Source: Alphaproteobacteria bacterium (GTDB lineage: Bacteria; Pseudomonadota; Alphaproteobacteria; SHVZ01). Taken from it: a stretch of 47,491 nt of DNA. Position numbers and translations under genes: made by a program. A model generated the notes under the pieces. It ran no database searches and was not told the origin of the DNA. It saw nothing but the letters and a program-made list of their open reading frames with translations. This document shows, piece after piece, positions 44,725 to 47,491 of the stretch (the stretch's first letter is position 1; every line of letters begins with the position of its first letter). The stretch spans positions 1 through 47,491 of the forward strand of contig CAXNIC010000002.1 in the NCBI GenBank assembly GCA_964201945.1. The letters run 5' to 3'.

Positions 44725-47151
44725 ATGAAGTCCCATGTCCGCGTCGCCGTCGTCGGCGGCGGCGTCGTCGGCTGCAGCGTGCTGTTCCACCTGGCCAAGG
44801 CTGGCTGGCGCGATATCGCGCTGCTCGAGCGGCTGGAACTGACCTCGGGCTCGAGCTGGCACGCGGCCGGCGGCTTCCACACGCTGAACGGCGACCCGAA
44901 CGTCGCCAAGCTGCAGAGCTACACGGTGCAGCTCTACAAGGAGATCGAGGAGATCTCCGGCCAGTCCTGCGGCCTCCACATCACCGGCGGCATGATGCTG
45001 GCCGGCACGCCCGAGCGCATGGACTTCCTCAAGCTCGCCCACGCCAAGGGCCGCTACCTCGGCATGGAGACCGAGATCATCGACGCCGCCGAGGCGAAGC
45101 GCCGCCTGCCGCTGCTGGACGAACGCCACTTCCTCGGCGCCATGTACGACCCGCTGGAAGGACATCTCGATCCGTCCGGAACCACCCATGCCTATGCCAA
45201 GGCCGCCCGCAGCTTCGGCGCCGAGATCTACCGCCAGACCCGGGTCGTCGAGCTGAACGCCCGGCCTGACGGCGGCTGGGACGTGGTCACCGACAAGGGC
45301 ACCATCCGCGCCGACCACGTGGTGAACGCCGGCGGTCTCTGGGCCCGCGAGGTCGGCCGCATGGTCGGGATCGAGCTTCCGGTGCTGGCGATGGAGCATC
45401 ACTACATCGTCACGGAGGACATGCCCGAGGTCGCTGAGGCCAACGCCGCGACCGGCAAGGAACTCATCCATGTCATCGACTTCGAGGGCGAGGTCTATCT
45501 GCGCCAGGAGGGGAAGGGAATCCTGCTGGGATGCTACGAGCGGCAAGGCGTGCCCTGGGCGCCCGACAGCACGTCCTGGGACTTCGGGCCGGAGCTGCTG
45601 GCCGAGGATCTCGACCGGATCGGTCCCAGCCTCGAAGTCAGCTTCAAGCACTTCCCGGCGATGGCGAAGGCAGGGATCAAGCGGGTGGTGAACGGCCCCT
45701 TCACCTTCACCCCCGACGGCAACCCGCTGGTCGGCCCGGTCCGGGGCCTGAGCAACTACTGGGCCGCCTGCGGGGTGATGGCCGGATTCAGCCAGGGCGG
45801 CGGCGTCGGCCTGGCGCTTGCCAACTGGATGATCGAGGGCGATCCCGGCTTCGACGTCTGGGGCATGGACGTGTCGCGCTACGGCGACTGGGCGACCCCG
45901 GCCTATACCAATGCCAAGGTGCGCGAGAACTATTCGCGGCGCTTCCGCATCCGCTTCCCCAACGAGGAGCTGCCGGCCGCCCGCCCGCTCAAGACCGTGC
46001 CGATCCAGAGCCAGCTCGAAGCGGAGAACGCCGTCTTCGGCGCCTCCTACGGCCTCGAATATCCGCTGTGGTTCGCACCCAAAGGCATGCCGGCCGAGGA
46101 GACCGTCACCTATCGCCGCTCCAACGCCTTTCCCGTCGTCGCCGCGGAGTGCCGGGCGGTCAGGACCGGCGTCGGCCTGATGGAGACCTCCGGGTACGGC
46201 CGCTACGAGGTGGCCGGGCCGGATGCGGAAGCATTCCTCGATAGCCTGCTCGCCAACCGCATGCCGGCGCCGGGCCGCCTCGTGCTGGCCCCGATGCTGA
46301 ATGCCAAGGGCAAGCTGATCGGCGACTTCACCGTCGGTCGGATCGCGCCCGACCGCTTCTTCATCGTCGGCTCAGGACCGGCCGAAGCCTATCACCTCCG
46401 CTGGTTCGAGCGTCAGCGGGGCGGGCGCAACGTCACCATCCGGCCGATGACGGCGGAAATGGCCGGGCTCGCCATCGCCGGGCCGAAGGCGCGGGACCTG
46501 CTGGCACGGCTGGTCCGCGACGACCTGTCGACCGAGGCGTTTCCCTTCCTTTCGATCCGCCGTATGGCGGTCGGGATGGTGCCGGCGCTGGTCTCGCGCA
46601 TCAGCTTCACCGGCGAACTGGGCTATGAGCTCTGGTGCGCGCCGGACAGCCAGCGGGCGCTCTACCAGGCGATCCGGGACGCCGGCCGCGACCTCGGCCT
46701 GGTGCTGTTCGGCAGCCATGCGCTGCTGTCGCTCCGCCTGGAGAAGGGCTTCGGCATCTGGGCCCGCGAGTACCGGCCGATCTATGGACCGGAGGAAGCC
46801 GGCCTCAAGCGCTTCGTCCGCCTCGACAAGGGCGACTTCGTCGGCCGCGAGGCGGCTAAGGCTGAGCGCGGGGAGGGCGGCGAGCGCCGGCTGGTGCTGT
46901 TCGAGGTCGATGCGCGCGATGCCGATGCCTTCGGCGACGAACCGATCTGGTACGCCGGCAAGGTCGTCGGCTGGATCACCTCCGGTGGCTACGGCCACAC
47001 GGTCGGCAAATCGCTGGCGCTGGGTTATGTGCCGAAGGCGCTTGCCGGGCAGGCATCAGGATTCGAGATCGAGATCATCGGCGAACGCCGCGGGGCGCGC
47101 ATCCTGGAGGCGTCGCCTTACGACGTGAGCGGAGGACGGATGCGGGCGTAG
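44725..47151 (+). CDS. Dimethylglycine/sarcosine dehydrogenase-family enzyme (FAD + GcvT domains), copy 2
   Basis: Motifs: MKSHVRVAVVGGGVVG, SGSSWHAAG, SFTGELGYELW. Collinear with copy 1 over its full length, roughly 60% identity by eye. Confidence 0.85.
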   Translation: MKSHVRVAVVGGGVVGCSVLFHLAKAGWRDIALLERLELTSGSSWHAAGGFHTLNGDPNVAKLQSYTVQLYKEIEEISGQSCGLHITGGMMLAGTPERMDFLKLAHAKGRYLGMETEIIDAAEAKRRLPLLDERHFLGAMYDPLEGHLDPSGTTHAYAKAARSFGAEIYRQTRVVELNARPDGGWDVVTDKGTIRADHVVNAGGLWAREVGRMVGIELPVLAMEHHYIVTEDMPEVAEANAATGKELIHVIDFEGEVYLRQEGKGILLGCYERQGVPWAPDSTSWDFGPELLAEDLDRIGPSLEVSFKHFPAMAKAGIKRVVNGPFTFTPDGNPLVGPVRGLSNYWAACGVMAGFSQGGGVGLALANWMIEGDPGFDVWGMDVSRYGDWATPAYTNAKVRENYSRRFRIRFPNEELPAARPLKTVPIQSQLEAENAVFGASYGLEYPLWFAPKGMPAEETVTYRRSNAFPVVAAECRAVRTGVGLMETSGYGRYEVAGPDAEAFLDSLLANRMPAPGRLVLAPMLNAKGKLIGDFTVGRIAPDRFFIVGSGPAEAYHLRWFERQRGGRNVTIRPMTAEMAGLAIAGPKARDLLARLVRDDLSTEAFPFLSIRRMAVGMVPALVSRISFTGELGYELWCAPDSQRALYQAIRDAGRDLGLVLFGSHALLSLRLEKGFGIWAREYRPIYGPEEAGLKRFVRLDKGDFVGREAAKAERGEGGERRLVLFEVDARDADAFGDEPIWYAGKVVGWITSGGYGHTVGKSLALGYVPKALAGQASGFEIEIIGERRGARILEASPYDVSGGRMRA

Positions 47152-47346
47152 TCGGCGAGTCGCCACCCACACAAGGCCCGCTCGTCGGCTACCGATGCGG
47201 CGTTACGGAAGACGCCCAACACGCCGCCGCCGGACTGGGACGCGGCGAAGAAGCGCGAATGCGAGACGGCAATCCAGACGGATAAGGTAGGTTGAGCCTT
47301 TCGATCCGAGGCGCGATTTTCCCTGGACGAGTGTTTCTCAAGGCAC

Positions 47347-47491
47347 CTAGTGGATCGAATCTAACACTTGGTGCCCTCGTTTGACGGCAGCGATGATTTT
47401 GTTTGGGTCCTTGGTCCAGGTGAAGGGTTTTGGGTTGCCGTTGATGTGTTCGAGGAAGCGGTGGATTGCATCTTTGAGTTCCTGACGGGAT
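47347..47491 (-). mobile_element. 3' end of an IS630-family transposase gene (runs off the window)
   Basis: The reverse-strand translation is SRQELKDAIHRFLEHINGNPKPFTWTKDPNKIIAAVKRGHQVLDSIH*, which matches the characteristic IS630-family C-terminus (...NxxPKPFxWTK...). GC content drops visibly from about 47280 onward. Confidence 0.7.

Noticed and set aside
1-47491. Search for CRISPR arrays, toxin-antitoxin pairs, restriction-modification, retrons, phage genes and other defence or mobile systems.
   Set aside because: There are no spaced direct repeats and no small two-gene modules with toxin/antitoxin features. Apart from the IS630 fragment at the right edge, no methyltransferase/nuclease/helicase, reverse transcriptase, integrase or phage structural signatures were seen among credible ORFs.

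Overview
This is a densely coding, visibly high-GC segment that looks like an alphaproteobacterial (Rhizobiales-type) chromosome. All calls are motif-level readings made by eye; no searches were run.

A housekeeping core, gltA-gltX-comEC (24.3-29.3 kb), is flanked by accessory nutrient-scavenging clusters. From left to right:

1. 0-8 kb: a family-5 solute-binding protein (SBP) gene that appears 3'-truncated, a D-2-hydroxyacid dehydrogenase, a Dpp/Opp-type ABC importer (2 permeases + 2 ATPases) and a convergent family-5 SBP.
2. 8.2-18.8 kb: an ArsR-type regulator with a large unassigned C-terminal domain, an AT-rich perfect palindrome, a second Opp-type importer with a 629-aa SBP, a GH51 alpha-L-arabinofuranosidase, a BtpA/SgcQ-family protein and an FGGY kinase.
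3. 18.8-23 kb: a minus-strand operon with overlapping stop/start codons: prolyl aminopeptidase, a hidden 63-aa AtzG/GatC-like ORF, an amidase-signature enzyme and a family-5 SBP.
4. Two tandem GNAT genes, one interrupted by an in-frame TAG.
5. Two small secreted, extremely charged proteins. One has a D8 block encoded by a hexanucleotide repeat.
6. A signal-less BtuF/TroA-like binding protein plus an isochorismatase-family hydrolase.
7. 31.7-47.2 kb: a ~15.5-kb island with no regulator gene. It holds an MTHFR-like gene, a pterin-binding (CmuB/MtrH/MetH-like) methyltransferase, two paralogous DMGDH-type FAD/GcvT enzymes, a signal-less PhnD-like protein, a cupin carrying the DMSP-lyase-type HxHxxxExY motif, a GFA-family protein, a 2OG/Fe(II) oxygenase and a Dpp-type importer with a Tat-signal SBP.
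8. The 3' end of an IS630-family transposase at the right edge.

I found no rRNA, tRNA, CRISPR array, prophage or recognisable defence system. The best candidate for an undescribed system is cluster 7, a C1/methyl-group catabolic island whose substrate and corrinoid partner are not evident. The hidden small subunit in cluster 3 and the regulator/operator pair in cluster 2 are the next most interesting items.
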